This document shows, piece by piece, positions 44,650 to 58,539 of a stretch of DNA of 64,000 bases. Source of the DNA: Scyliorhinus canicula (taxonomy: Eukaryota); the NCBI RefSeq assembly GCF_902713615.1, contig NC_052157.1, positions 58,354,325 through 58,418,324 of the forward strand. Direction: 5' to 3'. The notes under the pieces were generated by a model that saw only the letters and a list, made by a program, of their open reading frames with translations, was not told the origin of the DNA and ran no database searches. Both the position numbers and the translations under genes were made by a program. Position 1 is the stretch's first letter. The number at the start of each line of letters is the position of its first letter.

Positions 44650-46060
44650 AATGGTTCAACCTTTCCTCATTAGACAATCCCAGAGTTCAGCCTCATGAAC
44701 ATTCTCTGAAATGCCCCCAATACAAATATATGTGTCCTTATGTAAGGAGAGATAAGCTGTGCACAGTGCTCCAGGTATGGTCTCCCCACTGCCCTATACA
44801 GATGGAGCAAGACTTCCTTACTTTTATAGCCCATTCCATTTTCCATAAGAGCCAAATTTCCATTTGCCATCCTAATTCTTTGCTGCACCAGCCTTGTAAA
44901 ATTTTGTGATTCATATACAACGACACCCAAACCCCTCTGTACTGCAGCATTCCGCAGTCTCTCTGCATTGAAATTATATTTTGCTTCTGTCTCTTTCGCA
45001 CGAAAATAGACAACTTCACACTTTCCCTCGTTATTTTCCACCTGGCAACTATTTTGCTTATTGACTGAAACTATTTATATCCCTCTACAGCCTGTGTCCT
45101 CCTCACAACTTGCTTTCCCACCGAGCTGACATCTTTCCCACCTACCTCAACAATACAGTCAGAAACTCTGCAGACAGTACAGTCAGTCCCTTCCTCCGAG
45201 TCACTCGTAGTTTGTAAATAGTTGAGGCCACAGCACTGATCCCTGTGGCACTCCCTTAGTTACAGTTTGACAACCTGAAAATGACCCATTTATCCTGACT
45301 CTGGTTAGCCAGTCCTCTGTCCATTCTAATATTTCACCCCAAAACCATCACATTTTGCCATGTATCTTTCGTGTGATACCTTATCAAATGTCTTTTGGAA
45401 ATCCAAATACACATCTACTGGTTGCCCTTTATCCATCCTGCTTGCTACATGATCAGGGAACTCTAATAAATTTTCCAAACATGATATCTTTGCTCTAAAA
45501 CCATTCTGACTCTGCCTGAGTGTGTGATGATTTTATAAATATTCTGCTACTGCCTCCTTGATGAATTACCAGACGTTTCCAGTGACAGATGTGAGCTAAC
45601 TGAGCTCAAGCTTCCTGCTTTCTATTCCCCCCCCCCCCCCCCCCCCCCCCCCCCATTCTGGAATCGAGGTGTTACATTGTGGTCTTCTAATCCGCTGGGA
45701 TTTCCATAATCGAGGGACTTTGGAAGATTGCAGCCAATGCTTGCACCACCCCTTCAGTCATTTCCTTTAAGACCCTCGGATTCAGGTCACCTAGCCCATG
45801 TGATTTGATAACATTTATTCCCATTAGATTTCCTCGTTTTTTTTCTTGTGATAGTGATTATTTTATTTTATATCCTATATTTGTCCCTTAATTTTCTACT
45901 GCTATGGGGATGGTTTTCGAGATGTCAGCCGTGAAGTCAGATATAAAATACTTGTTCAAATTCCCTGTAATTTCCTTATTTCCCATTACAGTATTAATTC
46001 CCCATTTCCATCCTCTATGTGTCAAATTTTTATTTTAGCTATTCTCTTAATTTACTGTTG
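44650..46060 (-). mobile_element. Older CR1 ORF2 fragments
   Basis: GKCEVVYF, LYRAVGRPYLEHC motifs in broken frames. Confidence 0.7.
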
Positions 46061-46579
46061 GCGTACGACTAAACTCCACAACACAAGGATTTATTGTTTG
46101 CAATTTTATCCCATCCTTAGTTAACCATAGATTATGGGCGGGATTCTCCGACCCTCCGTGCTGGAATCAACTTGAGCATTTTAATTCCCTACGTTAATAA
46201 ATGTAATATTATACAAAATGCAAACATTTTTTGCAATCCATCATGGAATGAACAAGCATTTAGAAAACTCTTTCAGATCAGATAACAAAGCACAGCAACA
46301 TCACATTTCTGCTCATTACTATTCGACCATGTTGGCTGCACACAGTGAGACAGTCGCTCGGTTATGATGTGTTCATACAGCAGGACTGGAGTGCATTGGA
46401 TTCAAAGGACATAATTATTAATTGACATACAATATATTTACTGCATGTCTGCTGCACATGAGCCCTGTCAAAGGAGCTTCCATGGTTCCATTCTGAATCG
46501 ATGCAGATCAACAACAACTAGCAATTATATAGCGCCTTTAATTTAGTTAAACATGCCAAGGGTCTTCACAGGATATTTG

Positions 46580-49500
46580 TTTTAAAAACATTTTCTTAAG
46601 GTATTTATAATTTTATAATAATAACAGTAAACAGGACAAATACAAATATAAACATAGTACATAAACAATCTCCATCCCTAACAAATCCCACCTACCCTAA
46701 CAGAAAATAGCCTAATCCCAGCCACCTACCCCACCCTCCCCTTTTTCTTATTGCCTCTGCTGACAGTTAGTTTTCCCAGAAGAAGATGACAAACGGCTGC
46801 CACCTCCGCACGAACCCTGGCAATTACCCTCTTCAGGCGAACTTAATTTTCTCAAGTCTGAGAAACCCACTATGTGGCTAACCCAGATCTCTGATTTTGG
46901 GGGCTTCGAGTCCCTCCACGCTAGCAATATCCGTCCCTGGGCTACCAACGAGGCAAAGGCCAAGACGACAGCCACTCTCGCCCCCTGGATTCCCGGATCT
47001 TCCGACACTCCAAAAATCGCCACCTTTAGACTCGGCACCACCTTTATATTAGCACCGTGGACGTGACATCTGTAAAATCCTGCCAAAGTCCCCTCAGCTT
47101 CAGACATGCCCAAAACATACGGATATGGTTTGCTGGCCCTCCCGCACACCTCATACACCTGTACTCTACCCCAAAAAAACCTGCTCACCTGGGCCACCGT
47201 CATGTGTATCCGGTGTACCACCTTGAATTGTATCAGGCTGAGCCTGGCACATGATGAGGATGTGTTGATTCCGCTCAATGCATCCGCCCACAGACCTGCC
47301 TCTATCTCCCCCCTAGCTCATCTTCCCATTTGCACTTTAGCTCCTCTATCTGAGTTACCTCCGACTCCATGAGTTCTTTATAGATATCCGAGACCTCCCC
47401 TCTCTCACCCCCATTCTAGAAACTATCCTGTCCTGTATCCCCCATGGCGCTAGGAGCGGAAAGGTCAAAACCTGCCTTCGCAAAAATTTCCGTGTCTGAA
47501 GATATCTAAACCCATTCCATCATTGGCAATTCAAATTTTTCCTCTAAATCCTCCATATAGGGAAAGCTGCCATCTATGAATACATCTCCCATCCTCTCAA
47601 TCCCTGTTCTCTGCCATCCCTGAAACCCTCCATTTAGCCTCCCCGGGACAAACCGGTGATTGTTACAACTTGGAGCCCAGACCGATGCTCCCTCCACTCT
47701 CATATGCTTCCTTCACTGCCCCCAGACTCCCAGGGCCGCCATTACCACCGGGCTTGTGCGGTATCGGGCCAGCGAGAATGGCAGAGGTGCCATTATCAAT
47801 GCCCCCCGACTTGTGTACTTACACAATGCCACCTCTACTCGCTCCCACTTCAAGGCCTGTGACATTATTGGGGGAAGAACACCCCTCTCCATTGCCTCAT
47901 TAAATGCCCTCACCAGCAGCGGGCCCAGCATCTCAGAGAACGTTTTGTAAAATTCCACTTGGTAGCCATCCGGTCCCAGGGCCTTGCCCGACTGCATGGC
48001 CTACAGCCCCTCTGCTATTTCTTCAATCTCGATCGGGGCTCCCAATCCCTCCACCAATCCTTCCTCCACCTTCGGAAACTTCAACTCTCCCAAAACTGCT
48101 TCATCCCCATCCCAGCTGGGGGCTCCGACTATGAAACTCCTTAAACACCCCATTCACCCCTGCTGGGTCCAAGACGGTATTCCCTCCTCTGTCCTTCACT
48201 CTCTCTATCTTCCTGGCCGCCTCCCTTTTCCTGAGCTGGTGCGCAAGCATCCTACCGGCCATCTCTCCATACTCGTATATCGCCCCCTTCGCCTTCCACA
48301 ATTGCTCCACTGCCTTCCCTGTAGACAACAGAACAAGTTCCATCTGTAGATTCTGCTGCTCGTTCAATAACCCTGAATCCGGGGCCTCCGAATATCTCCT
48401 GTCTACCTGGAGTATTTCCCCAATCAACCTATCTACCTCTGCTCTCTCCACCTTCTCCCTATGGGCCCGTATCGATATTAGCTCCCAGTGCTTCCCAAAC
48501 CGTTGCTACCTAAACTTTCCTCGTATCATTTATTTCCAGATAGTTCTGGATGGACTCCCTTTCACGCCCGCACACCCCCTCATCCGCTAACAGTCCTACG
48601 TCCAATTTCCATTGCGGGCACTGACCACTCTCCTTGCTCACCTGTAAATCCAGCCAATGTGGGGCATGGTCCTACACAGCAATCGCTGAATACTCAGTAT
48701 CAACCACCCCCGCCAGTAAAGCCCTGTTCAAGATTTTAAAAATCGATCCGGGAGTATACTTTGTGCACATGGGAAAAGAAAGAAAACTCCTTCGCTCTTG
48801 GTCATCCGAATCTCCATGGGTCTACTCCCCCATCTGCTCCATGAACCCCTTTAGTTTCTTCGCCACTGCTGGCAACCTCTCTGTCTTTGACCTTGACCTG
48901 CCCAACCTTGGATCAATGACCGTATTAAAGACCCCACCCCCCATGATCAGCTTATGCGAGTCCATGTCCGGGATCTTCCCTAACACCCGTCTCATAAACT
49001 CCACATCGTCCCAGTTGGTGCGTAAATATCCAGGAACACCACCGACATCCCCTGCAGCTTCCCGCTCACCATGATATACCAGCCCCCGCATCCGCAACTA
49101 TTTTCCCTGTCTCAAATGACACCCGATCAGGATCACAACTCCACCAGTCTTAGGATCCAACCCCGAGTGAAATACTTGCCCAAACTACCCCTTCCTCAAT
49201 CTAGTCTGATCTATTACCTTCAGCTGTGTCTCCTTTAACATTGCCACGTTTGCCTTCAATCCCCTCAAATGCGCGAACACGTGAGCCCTCTTAAACGGCC
49301 CATTCAGCCCTCTAATGTTCCATGTGATCAGCCTGGTCGGGAGGCATCCCGCCCTCCCGTCCCTGCTGATCAACCATCACCCTTCTTAGGCCAGCCTCCA
49401 GCTCGCATCCCACGCCTCCGTAGGCCCGCCCTCGGGCCCCCACCGTCCTCGACCTCCCATTTGTCTCCCAACAACAATCCCTCCCCTGTCAGCAGAGCAA

Positions 49501-52500
49501 TTCCCAAGCATAACTTCTCAAGCATACTTGTCACATATGCCCCAGCATCCAATCCCTCGCTGCCCTCCGGGAGGCCAAAGATCCTCAAGTTCTGCCTCTG
49601 GGACCTATTGTCCAGGTGCTCCAATTTCTCCTGCAGCCTTTTCTGGGGGTCCCTCATCATAAGAACATAAGAACTAGGAGCAGGAGTAGGCCATCTGGCC
49701 CCTCCAGCCTGCTCCGCCATTCAATTAGATCATGGCTGATCTTTTGTGGACTCACCTCCACTTTCCGGCCCGAACACCATAACCCTTAATCCCTTTATTC
49801 TTCAAAAAACTATCTATCTTTACCTTAAAAACATGTAATGAAGGAGCCTCAACTGCTTCACTGGGCAAGGAATTCCATAGATTCACAACCCTTTGGGTGA
49901 AGAAGTTCCTCCTAAACTCAGTTCTAAATCTACTTCCCCTTATTTTGAGGCTATGCCCCCTAGTTCTGCTGTCACCCGCCAGTGGAAACAACCTGCCCGC
50001 ATCTATCCTATCTATTCCCTTCATAATTTTAAATGTTTCTATAAGATCCCCCCTCATCCTTCTAAATTCCAACGAGTACAGTCCCAGTCTACTCAACCTC
50101 TCCTCATAATCCAACCCCTTCAGCTCTGGGATTAACCTAGTGAATCTCCTCTGCACACCCTCCAGCGCCAGTACATCCTTTCTCAAGTAAGGAGACCAAA
50201 ACTGAACACAATACTCCAGGTGTGGCCGCACTAACACCTTATACAATTGCAACATAACCTCCCTAGTCTTAAACTCCATCCCTCTAGCAATGAAGGACAA
50301 AATTCCATTTGCCTTCTTAATCACCTGTTGCACTTGTAAACCAACCTTCTGTGACTCATGCACTAGCACACCCAAGTCTCTCTGAACAGCGGCATGCTTT
50401 AATATTTATCGTTTAAATTATAATCCCGTTTGCTGTTATTCCTACCAAAATGGATAACCTCACATTTGTCAACATTGTATTCCATCTGCCAGACCCGAGC
50501 CCATTCACTTAACCTATCCAAATCCCTCTGCAGACTTCCAGTATCCTCTGCACTTTTCGCTTTACCACTCATCTTAGTGTCATCTGCAAACTTGGACACA
50601 TTGCCCTTGGTCCCCAACTCCAAATCATCAATGTAAATTGTGAACAATTGTGGGCCCAACACGGATCCCTGAGGGACACCACTAGCCACTGATTGCCAAC
50701 CAGAGAAACACCCATTTATCCCAACTCTTTGCTTTCTATTAATTAACCAATCCTCTATCCATGCTACTACTTTACCCTTAATGCCATGCATCTTTATCTT
50801 ATGCAGCAACCTTTTGTGTGGCACTTTGTCAAAGGCTTTCTGGAAATCCAGATATACCACATCCATCGGCTCCCCGTTATCTACTGCACTGGTAATGTCC
50901 TCAAAAAATTCCACTAAATTAGTTAGGCATGACCTGCCTTTTACGAACCCATGCTGCGTCTGCCCAATGGGACAATTTCTATCCAGATGCCTCGCAATTT
51001 CTTCCTTGATGATAGATTCCAGCATCTTCCCTATTACCGAAGTTAAACTCACTGGCCTATAATTTCCTGCTTTCTGCCTACCTCCTTTTTTAAACAGTGG
51101 CGTCACGTTTGCTAATTTCCAATCCACCGGGACCACCCCAGAGTCTAGTGAATTTCGGTAAATTATCACTAGTGCATCTGCAATTTCCCTAGCCATCTCT
51201 TTTAGCACTCTGGGATGCATTCCATCAGGGCCAGGAGACTTGTCTACCTTTAGCCCCATTAGCTTTCCCATCACTCCCTCCTTAGTGATAACAATCCTCT
51301 CAAGGTCCTCACCTGTCATAGCTTCATTTCTATCAGTCGCTGGCATGTTATTTGTGTCTTCCACTGTGAAGACCGACCCAAAAAACCTGTTCAGTTCCTC
51401 AGCCATTTCCTCATTTCCCATTATTAAAACTCCCTTCTCATCCTCTAAAGGACTGATATTTACCTTAGCCACTCTTTTTTGTCTTATATATTTGTAAAAA
51501 CTTTTACTGTCTGTTTTTATATTCTGAGCAAGTTTACTTTCATACTCTATCTTACTCTTCTTTATAGCTTTTTTAGTAGCTTTCTGTTGCCCCCTAAAGA
51601 TTTCCCAGTCCTCTAATCTCCCAGCAATCTTTGCCACTTTATATGCTTTTTCCTTCAATTTGATACTCTCCCTTATTTCCTTAGATATCCACGGTCGATT
51701 TTCCCTCTTTCTTCCGTCCTTCCTTTTTGTTGGTATAAACCTTTGCTGAGCACTGTGAAAAATCGCTTGGAAGGTTCTCCACTGTTCCTCAACTGTTCCA
51801 CCATAAAGTCTTAGCTCCCAGTCTACCTTAGCTAGTTCTTCTCTCATCCCCTTGTAATCTCCTTTGTTTAAACACAAAACACTAGTATTTGATTTTACTT
51901 TCTCACCCTCCATCTGTATTTTAAATTCCACCATATTGTGATCGCTCCTTCCGAGAGGATCCCTAACTATGAGATCATGAATCAATCCTGTCTCATTACA
52001 CAGGACAAGATCTAGGACCACTTGTTCCCTCGTAGGTTCCATTACATACTGTTCTAGGAAACTATCGCGGATACATTCTATAAACTCCTCCTCACGGTTG
52101 CCTTGACCGACCTGGTTAAACCAATCGACATGTAGATTAAAATCCCGCATGATAACTGCTGTACCATTTCTACATGCATCAGTTATTTCTTTGTTTATTG
52201 CCTGCCCCACCATCTCGTTACTATTTGGTGGCCGATAGACTACTCCTATCAGTGACTTTTTCGCCTTACTATTCCTGATTTCCACCCAAATGGATTCAAC
52301 CTTATCCTCCATAGCACCGATGTCATCCCTTACTATTGCCCGGATGTCATCCTTAAATAACAGAGCAACACCACCTCCCTTACCATCCACTCTGTCCTTC
52401 CGAATAGTTTGATACCCTCGGATATTTAACTCCCAGTCGTGACCATCCTTTAACCATGTTTCAGTAATGGCCACTAAATCATAGTCATTTACGATGATTT

Positions 52501-52900
52501 GTGCCACCAACTCATTTACTTTATTCCGAATACTACGAGCATTCAGGTAAAGTACACTTATGTTGGTTTTTTTTAACACCTCCGCCTCCGCCTCCAGCAC
52601 GGTTACCTGGTCCTCGTGCTCGGCCACCTTCTCCTCCGCCTTTTGGATCACCAGTCCGTGGGCTTCAGAACCCTGTTCCACCCGGTCAATCGAGACATGG
52701 ACCAGAAGTGGTCTTATAAGAAGAAATAGCCGAGCAAAGAAGGCGCGTGCCAAACCTACAGCACAGGAAACCATGGCAGAGGTGTAGGATCCTGGCTTGG
52801 TGGCCCAGTGGTCAACAGTACAGTTGGTTAAATTCATTCAGGAGAGCTTCGCCAAGCAAAAGAAGGAATGTTTAGACCCGATCAAGGCACACGTTTATTA
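46580..52900 (-). mobile_element. L1/Tx1-clade LINE, degenerate, ORF1 split by a CR1
   Basis: ORF1 LDNRSQRQNLRIFGLPEG; endonuclease LITWNIRGLN..ETQL; GKALGPDGY; C-terminal LSLIQFKVVHR. Confidence 0.85.
49661..52576 (-). mobile_element. Young CR1 LINE with essentially complete ORF2 (APE endonuclease + RT), one frameshift
   Basis: LYLNARSIRNK, GDYKG, GVPQGSVLGP, FADDTK; 1-bp deletion near 50405; ORF resumes 50375-49752. Confidence 0.95.
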
Positions 52901-53932
52901 ATCAGAGAGAAATCTGACCTGAGCCACATTAGGAAATGTTAGGTACAGGTGACCAAAACTTGGTCAAAGAGGTCAGTTATTTCAGAATGATTCATGGAAG
53001 AGATAAAGAGAGAGAGATGGAGAGGTTTAAGGAGGGAATTACAGAGCTTAGAGCCCCAGGCAGCTGAAGGCATGGCTGCCAATGGTGGAGCAATGGGAAT
53101 AGGGGTAGTTCAGGACTGAATTGAATCACAGAGTGATGAAAATCTGGGACTGCGTATTTATCTGGGATTGGGGGGGGGGGTGAGAAGCATTGGAGTAATT
53201 CAGAAGTCCAATATGACTCTTCTTCCGGACATGGAAATTCAAACCGTTTCTCCCTGAGGGCGACGGAGAGAGTTCCCCTGACCACAGCTCTGCCACATTT
53301 CAGAAGGACAATCTTACTTTTCGCTGGAGTCTTTCACCGCTCCAGGACACCCCAAAGTGATTCACAGCCAACAAAGGACTTTTTTTTCTGGCTTTGTCAA
53401 TGTTGTAATGCTGGAAATGTGGCCAGTCAGTTGCACACAGCAATGTCTGAGCAACATTGTAAACGTGGTCGGTAAACCTGCACTGGCTCACTGTCGCTAA
53501 ACAAAATCGTTAACATGAACAAAGTGCTTCTCTCAGCTGACACTAGGTATTGCCAACATTGCAAACACAGCAGAAATGTACTTGTGGCGCAAATATATAT
53601 GGCACATCGGAATTTCCCATTACAAATGAGCACACAGGATTTTAAAGTTTGTGAAGGACATATATGACACCAGGAAATGATGCTTTGAAGTTAGGAATTG
53701 CTCACTGGAATATATTACATTTTTTAAAATGTTTAAAATTGTCTGAGCATTTTAATTGCTTGTATTAATAGATATATTATCCAGAAATAACAAAGCTTTT
53801 CACAAACTTTGAAAGCATGAATGCAGCATTCAGAAAGCATCTTCAGAACTGATACAAAAGTTGTGCAATATCCTTTTTTTATTACGATTTGACCGTATTG
53901 TCTTCACACACCCCACATCCCCTCTCCCCGTT

Positions 53933-54101
53933 TCAGTTTCTCTGGAATCTGATCTCTGCGTATTCCATGACCTCGCTCCTGTGGACAGTCCTGTCACCAT
54001 TGGGCCCCTTTGAGAAGTTGATTGTGGCGTAGGGAAGGTTATCGGGTTTGTCGGTGTGCCCTTGCGAGTGAAAGCAGCTGCAGCGACTCTCGTCCCAGGT
54101 A
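53933..54101 (-). CDS. Siglec-like gene A terminal cytoplasmic exon with two tyrosine motifs
   Basis: Acceptor CTTCTCCTCCAG, phase 2; TWDESRCSCFHSQGHTDKPDNLPYATINFSKGPNGDRTVHRSEVMEYAEIRFQRN*; AATAAA about 50 nt after the stop. Confidence 0.85.
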
Positions 54102-54199
54102 CTGGAGGAGAAGGAAGGTCAAAGAGACATTGTCAAACTGTCATCTGAATTCCACAGTTTAAATTGGATTGCAGCTGACTCAAAACGATTAAACAGCAT

Positions 54200-55700
54200 A
54201 CAGAGCTCTGATTTCTAAATTCTCTTATATCTGAACCAGACAAGCAATCAATAAAAATTCGACTCGCAATTGGGAATGAAGGTCTACACAGGGTGGAAAC
54301 ATCAGGAGCTGAAGGATCCCTAAAATAAATGGACATCTTTGGAAGACCAGTTGAGATTCAGGTTAAAATTCTGTATTGATCAGTTAGATTTCTAGTAATT
54401 TCAACAACAACCTATAGAATCCATTGACCACTTTGTCAGCAGATATAGAGCAAAGGGTATGTACTGTGATTTTGCAAATGCAGAGCTAGCAGACAGAATT
54501 GGTGAGTTGGTGATCGCATCCACTCCCATGTAAGTTGTCCAGAAAGATCTGCTGGACAAGCCCAAAGCATATAACATCGAAGAGCTACTCAAGGATGAAT
54601 GTATGTGTCAAGTGATAGTCGCGAATCAACACAGTTTACAGCTTTGGTGTTCAACCATCTGAGATGTGACATCAACATGCAGGAGATCAATTTCTTCAGC
54701 TTTATTTCTTCGAGTGCTGGCATATGTCCCAATCGGAGTGAAAGAGAGGATATTGAAGTCTGGCCAAGTCCTCAAGATAAGGACAATCTTCAAAATTGTT
54801 GAGGTCTTGTTAATTTCTTGTTTCCATACATTCCCAATTTTGCTCAAAATACATTTTTGCGAAAGTGGTTGCTGAGAAATGATGTGTTGTTCCTGTCGCA
54901 CGAAGACCACCAATACCTCGCTAGGCATCTGCCAGAGAGTCATTATTAAAGGCAGCCAGGTCACCATACTGGGATATTGGTGACCTGATATTCTTCAACA
55001 TCATCACTCACACATGGGCATAGATTAGACATGAAGACTCACAGGAAAGGCAGTCTCTTCATTGGGTATGAACCTTGATATAGGAGACATGTCAAGAACA
55101 TATGCCAGGTCAGGACAAAGAACCACTGATTCCACATGCAGTTCCTACCCATTTTGATACAAAACCCCATCTGGCATCTTTCATGTCTATGGCACTGACC
55201 TCATTTTCATTTGTTTCTTCCTTTACCAAGAACCCATCCTGTGCGCACTGGCGATCAAACACCAATCTATTCTAATATATCAGCAACATCTGTTCTGCAC
55301 AGTCTCAGTGCTAATTTCCGTTTATTTCATTTGACTCGAGAGATCATTACAGATAACAGTCCATAAGTTATTGGGAATGCATTTCAGGATTTATGTGGTC
55401 AGTGGAATATCAATCAGACTACTTCTTCTCCTTCCCCTAGATCTAATGCCTTAGCTGAATGAATGAGTTGTGTGGTGAAATATCTAATTCACAAATGTAG
55501 AGCAAGCAAGTTCTAGACATCGTAATGTTATGTGCGAGACTAATGCCTTCATGTACAACTGTTCCATTGCTGGCACAACTCATGTTTGGGAGATAAGTGT
55601 GTACAAATTGACCGACTGTTACACATTCTACTGTTTCAGAAACTAAAGAACAACTTTTAAAACCGCACCGACCTCCTCAGAAGACAAACACGGGACACAA
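54200..55700 (+). mobile_element. Highly degenerate Gypsy-like remnant
   Basis: Gag-like LADRIGELVIASTP..QKDLLDKP and integrase-like pieces; no intact ORF. Confidence 0.45.
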
Positions 55701-55710
55701 CTGACAGAGT

Positions 55711-56660
55711 ACCCTTCGTCGTCCAGTACTTTCCTGGTGCAGAGAAACTACGATATCTTCTTCGTAGCCTTCAACACATCATCGATGAAGATGAACATCT
55801 TGCCAAGGTTATCCCCACACCCCCACTACTTGCCTTCAAACAACCACGCAACCTCAAACAAACCATTGTTTGCAGCAAACTACCCAGCCTTCAGAACAGC
55901 GACCACGACACGACACATCCCTGCCAGGGCAATCTCTGCAAGACGTGCCAGATTATCGACATGGATACCACCATTACACGTGAGAACACCACCCACCAGG
56001 TACGCGGTACACACTCGTGCAACACGGCCAACGTTGTCTACCTCATACTCTGCAGGAAAGGATGTCCCGAAGCGTGGTACATTGGCAAGACCATTCAGAC
56101 GCTGCAACAACGAATGAACGGGCATCGCGCGACAATCACCAGGCAGGAATGTTCCCTTCCAGTCGGGGAACACTTCAGCAGTCAAGGGCATTCAGCCTCT
56201 GATTTCCGGGTAAGCGTTCTCCAAGGCGGCCTTCAGGACAGGCGACAACGCAGAATTGCCGAGCAGAAACTTATAGCCAAGTTCCGCACGCATGACTGCG
56301 GCCTCAACCGGGATCTTGGATTCATGTCGCATTACATTCACCCCCCACCATCTGGCCTGGACTTGCAAAATTCTACCAACTGTCCTGGTTTGAGACAATT
56401 CACACCTCTTTAACCTGGGATTACCCCTATCTCTGGATCTGTAAAGATTTGATTACCTGCAAATGCTCGCATTCCAAGCATTGTCTGGCATCTTTGACTT
56501 TGTCTGTATATATGTTTCTGGAACATATCTCTTCATTCACCTGAGGAAGGAGCAGTGCTCCGAAAGCTAGTGTTTGAAACAAACCTTTAGGACTTTAACC
56601 GGGTGTTGTAAGACTTCTTACTGTGCTCACCCCAGTCCAACGCCAGCATCTCCATATCGT
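55711..56660 (+). mobile_element. Penelope-like element 3' part (GIY-YIG endonuclease + terminal repeat)
   Basis: ORF 55961-56413 NVVYLILC...WYIGKT...RMNGH...GLN preceded by CxxC-rich linker. Confidence 0.9.
56538..56572 (+). ncRNA. Minimal hammerhead ribozyme motif in the Penelope terminal repeat
   Basis: CAC CTGAGGA A GGAGC-AGT-GCTCC GAAA GC TA GTG. Confidence 0.7.
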
Positions 56661-57219
56661 AATAAATGAACCCATAGCATGTGAACCCAATCCCCTCCAA
56701 ATGATGTATGTCTCATGTCTTGCGCAACACATAAATCCAAGGTATTATATCACTATAATAACAAGACATTTGTTATTGTAGTTAATTGGTCTCAACCAAG
56801 GACTTTGGCTATTTTAAATGGAATCTAATTTCCCACTGTGTTGTGACTCTGGGTCAAGTGGGAGTGGAACTAACTGCACACTAGCCCAGGGTGTTGTGAC
56901 ACTCCATGGCTCTACAATTTATTTTCCATTCAGCTACTTATTCAATTCCCCATTTAAAAGTTCCTATTCTATCTTTCCACCGTCCTTTCAGGCAGCACAT
57001 TCTCGATCACAAGAATGATTAGAATTAGAATTCAGTTATTAGAATTCATCTGGATACAGGGCAATGAAAGACATACTCCCGATCATGAGGGAAAAAGCGA
57101 TCTCTTGCAGGCATAAGGGGTGGCACATAATCCAAGGAAACTGATTACTGATTTATGCAAGATTGAAATAAATATTGAGAAATATTGAGAAAAAGATCAG
57201 CTTAAAGCTTCACACTTAC

Positions 57220-57316
57220 TTTCTCACATACACGAAGATTAACATTCCAGCCAGGAAACAACTCAAGATGATCCCAGCCGTGATCAATCCTACTGTCCAG
57301 TTTTTAGAGTCTCTAC
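57220..57316 (-). CDS. Siglec-like gene A transmembrane exon (uncharged)
   Basis: TTTTTACAG / GTAAGT; (R)RDSKNWTVGLITAGIILSCFLAGMLIFVYVR(N); phase 1 in, phase 2 out, matching both neighbours. Confidence 0.88.
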
Positions 57317-58127
57317 CTGTAAAAACAGCCATTAGTTACTGTGTTACAGTTTCAGAATGATGCTCCGATGTGTCTCAGCAGCGACGCACTAACTCCATTT
57401 TTAAATATTCCTTCTTGGGCAATGCCAACGTTTATTGTTCATCCTTAGTTTCCCCTTGAGAAGGTGGTGGGGAGACTTTCTCCTGAACCACTGGCTTGAA
57501 ACAAACTGGGAGACCCAGTCAGAGGGCAGTTAAGAGTCAGCCCTGTTGGTGTTTGAGACTGGAGTCACATATGCACCTGTTAAAATGGGCAGGATTCCTT
57601 TGTTTAAAGATTCATCAGTGACCTATTTTATATTTATAATCTCTATTTACAGATCGACCCAACACATTAAAATAATTGATTGTCAGATCACTATCACATT
57701 GTTGTTTGGGATCTTGCTGTGTGCAAATTGGTAGCCAATTTTCCCCATCACAACATGATTACCTGTCAAATGTATTTAATTGGCTGTAAAGTGTTTCTGG
57801 ACAACCTCGTCATTATATAAATGCAGGTCTTCCTTTTAAATGTGACATTTACACAAAATTTTGATCAGTGTAATATATGAATATTAATCAAACTCCCAAT
57901 TTACTCTGGACTGAAACCTGTTAATACACCGAGTCACAGAGGAGATATTCGGGATGGATGACCAAAAGGTTGATGTAAAGAGGTGTGTGTGTGGGTGCAT
58001 GTGTGTATACGCATATGTGTGTGCATATACACACGTGTGTGTGCATGTATATGCACGTGTGTGTACGCACATTTGTGTGTGTATGTGTGTCTGTGTTTGG
58101 GAGATGTTGAAGTCTGTGTACACTCAC

Positions 58128-58409
58128 GTTCCACAATGATGGTTATGGACCCCTCCACTGCTCCATGTTCATTCTCTGCTGCACACTCATAGTCTCCAGT
58201 GTCCCTGGATGTAACGTGAGGAATCACCAACCACAGCTCATTGTTGGAACTTGTTCTGTTCATTGTGACATTGAGATGTCCCCACGTCAGGTTAGAAGCT
58301 GGGAAGCTCGCGACAGAGCAGATTATCACTGCAGAGTCACCCTCAATTATATTGATGGATGAAGTGTAAATCATATCAAAAGAATTCATTGATAGATTCT
58401 GTGGTGCAT
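58128..58409 (-). CDS. Siglec-like gene A second C2/I-set Ig exon
   Basis: 282 bp, phase 1-1; YAPQNLS...IICSVASFPASNLTW...DTGDYECAAENEHG. Confidence 0.9.
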
Positions 58410-58539
58410 CTAAAATTGAATAAAAATCATTCAACTTACATTGACTGTGAAGACATTTGAGAGACCATGAGGAAGCAAAAGGTGTGAAATCAAGATAGGT
58501 TCCTTCACCACAAAGCACATACTCCAGACAGACACTACG

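Noticed and set aside
54626-54967. Hydrophobic minus-strand ORF as the TM exon of gene A
   Set aside because: It is antisense to a degenerate Gypsy; the exon at 57220-57316 has proper splice sites and phases.
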